In this document: piece by piece, positions 63,222 to 64,000 of the stretch
How the letters are laid out: every line of letters begins with the position of its first letter
Numbering within the stretch: position 1 is the first letter of the stretch
Assembly: GCA_965644295.1 (NCBI GenBank)
Contig: CBFFRP010000074.1
Location: forward strand, 62,001-126,000
Length of the DNA: 64,000 nucleotides
Reading direction: 5' to 3'
Source: Paraphysomonas bandaiensis
Lineage: Eukaryota; Protista; Chrysophyceae
The notes under the pieces: generated by a model
The model's input: only the letters and a program-made list of their open reading frames with translations
What the model was told of the DNA's origin: nothing
The model's database searches: none
Program-made: the position numbers and the translations under genes

Positions 63222-64000
63222 CTATATTGTTGTGGAACACATTTGTGCCTGCAACAGCTCCTTCGTCACTCCGACTTCTTCAAGTTGTAATTTCACATCA
63301 TAACTACACCTCATCATGTTGTTCAGGCAACATGCAGCTGCCATCCTGCAAACGGGCAGGTCACGTTTAAGTACCCCCACAATAGAGCACAAACCGCCAG
63401 CCGTAACTACCAGCAGTGCAATATCCCGTTCTGTTTTCACCATATGCCCGAGGGTACAGAGTGCTGCTTCACAGCAGCAGTCACTATTACTTTCAACTAA
63501 TTTTATGAGTGGATCTATAGCATCTCTCAAAGCAATGTTCGAACCACAGTAACTAACCAAACTATTTAATACCCACGCCGCCTCGGCCTTGCACTTTTCA
63601 GATCCACGCTTCAGCAGTTCGATAAGTACTTCAATTCCACCACAATCAACAATATGCATAATACTCAGACTGTGATACCAAGTCAGGCATCGCAGTGCAC
63701 TCACTGCTCTTTCTGCCGTGCTCTGACCAGCGGACAGCATATCAACCAGGGGGGCTGTGGCATCAGACTTCACAATCGCACTACGACTGAAATCATCGTA
63801 TGCCAAGATCCTAACCAGATCTGCGGCATCCTCACGTATATTTAATGCACAGCAGTGATTGCGTAAAATATCTACCACAACCTCAAGCACCCCTTCATCC
63901 TCTACCACGGATCGCTTAAGAGCAGTTGTACAGCCAACGCAGAGAAGGTAAAGTGGGCGGAGAGCGGACGGCCTGTTCCTATCTCCTACACGAAGGAGGT
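63222..64000 (-). CDS. Armadillo-repeat protein (5' part extends beyond the window)
   Basis: Repeating ARM units: IVDCGGIEVLIELLKRGSEKCKAEAAWVLNSL, AIDPLIKLV, GGLCSIVGVL. Confidence 0.8.
   Translation of the reverse strand, partial: LLRVGDRNRPSALRPLYLLCVGCTTALKRSVVEDEGVLEVVVDILRNHCCALNIREDAADLVRILAYDDFSRSAIVKSDATAPLVDMLSAGQSTAERAVSALRCLTWYHSLSIMHIVDCGGIEVLIELLKRGSEKCKAEAAWVLNSLVSYCGSNIALRDAIDPLIKLVESNSDCCCEAALCTLGHMVKTERDIALLVVTAGGLCSIVGVLKRDLPVCRMAAACCLNNMMRCSYDVKLQLEEVGVTKELLQAQMCSTTI

Overview
Eukaryotic nuclear DNA: gene-dense, about 20 protein-coding genes in 64 kb, standard genetic code, many short (~50-100 nt) GT-AG introns that fragment the ORF track. The gene set (hybrid His kinase, MLO-like protein with EF-hands, giant LRR/PT-repeat/REJ membrane protein, flagellar CFAP96-like gene) suggests a flagellated stramenopile, possibly a chrysophyte; this is inference, not verified. 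Housekeeping genes: DnaJ, PRA1, PMVK, choline kinase, QSOX, DNL zinc finger, RRP9, ZCCHC17-like. Most notable: (i) a multi-exon MLO-family protein fused to C-terminal EF-hands, hidden by introns; (ii) a ~12 kb polycystin-1-like receptor gene with plant-type LRRs on a ~950 aa Pro/Thr/Ser/Gly stalk built from higher-order DNA repeats; (iii) an unclassified dispersed repeat family (5 copies/fragments) found only downstream of gene 3' ends, with conserved hairpins, mixed direct/inverted ends and a helix-hairpin-helix-like coding remnant; (iv) a non-autonomous hAT element with perfect TIRs and an 8-bp TSD; (v) a 10-mer, TACAGCAGTA, seen only in 5' flanks. No rRNA, tRNA or CRISPR array was recognised. 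Exon boundaries were read by eye.
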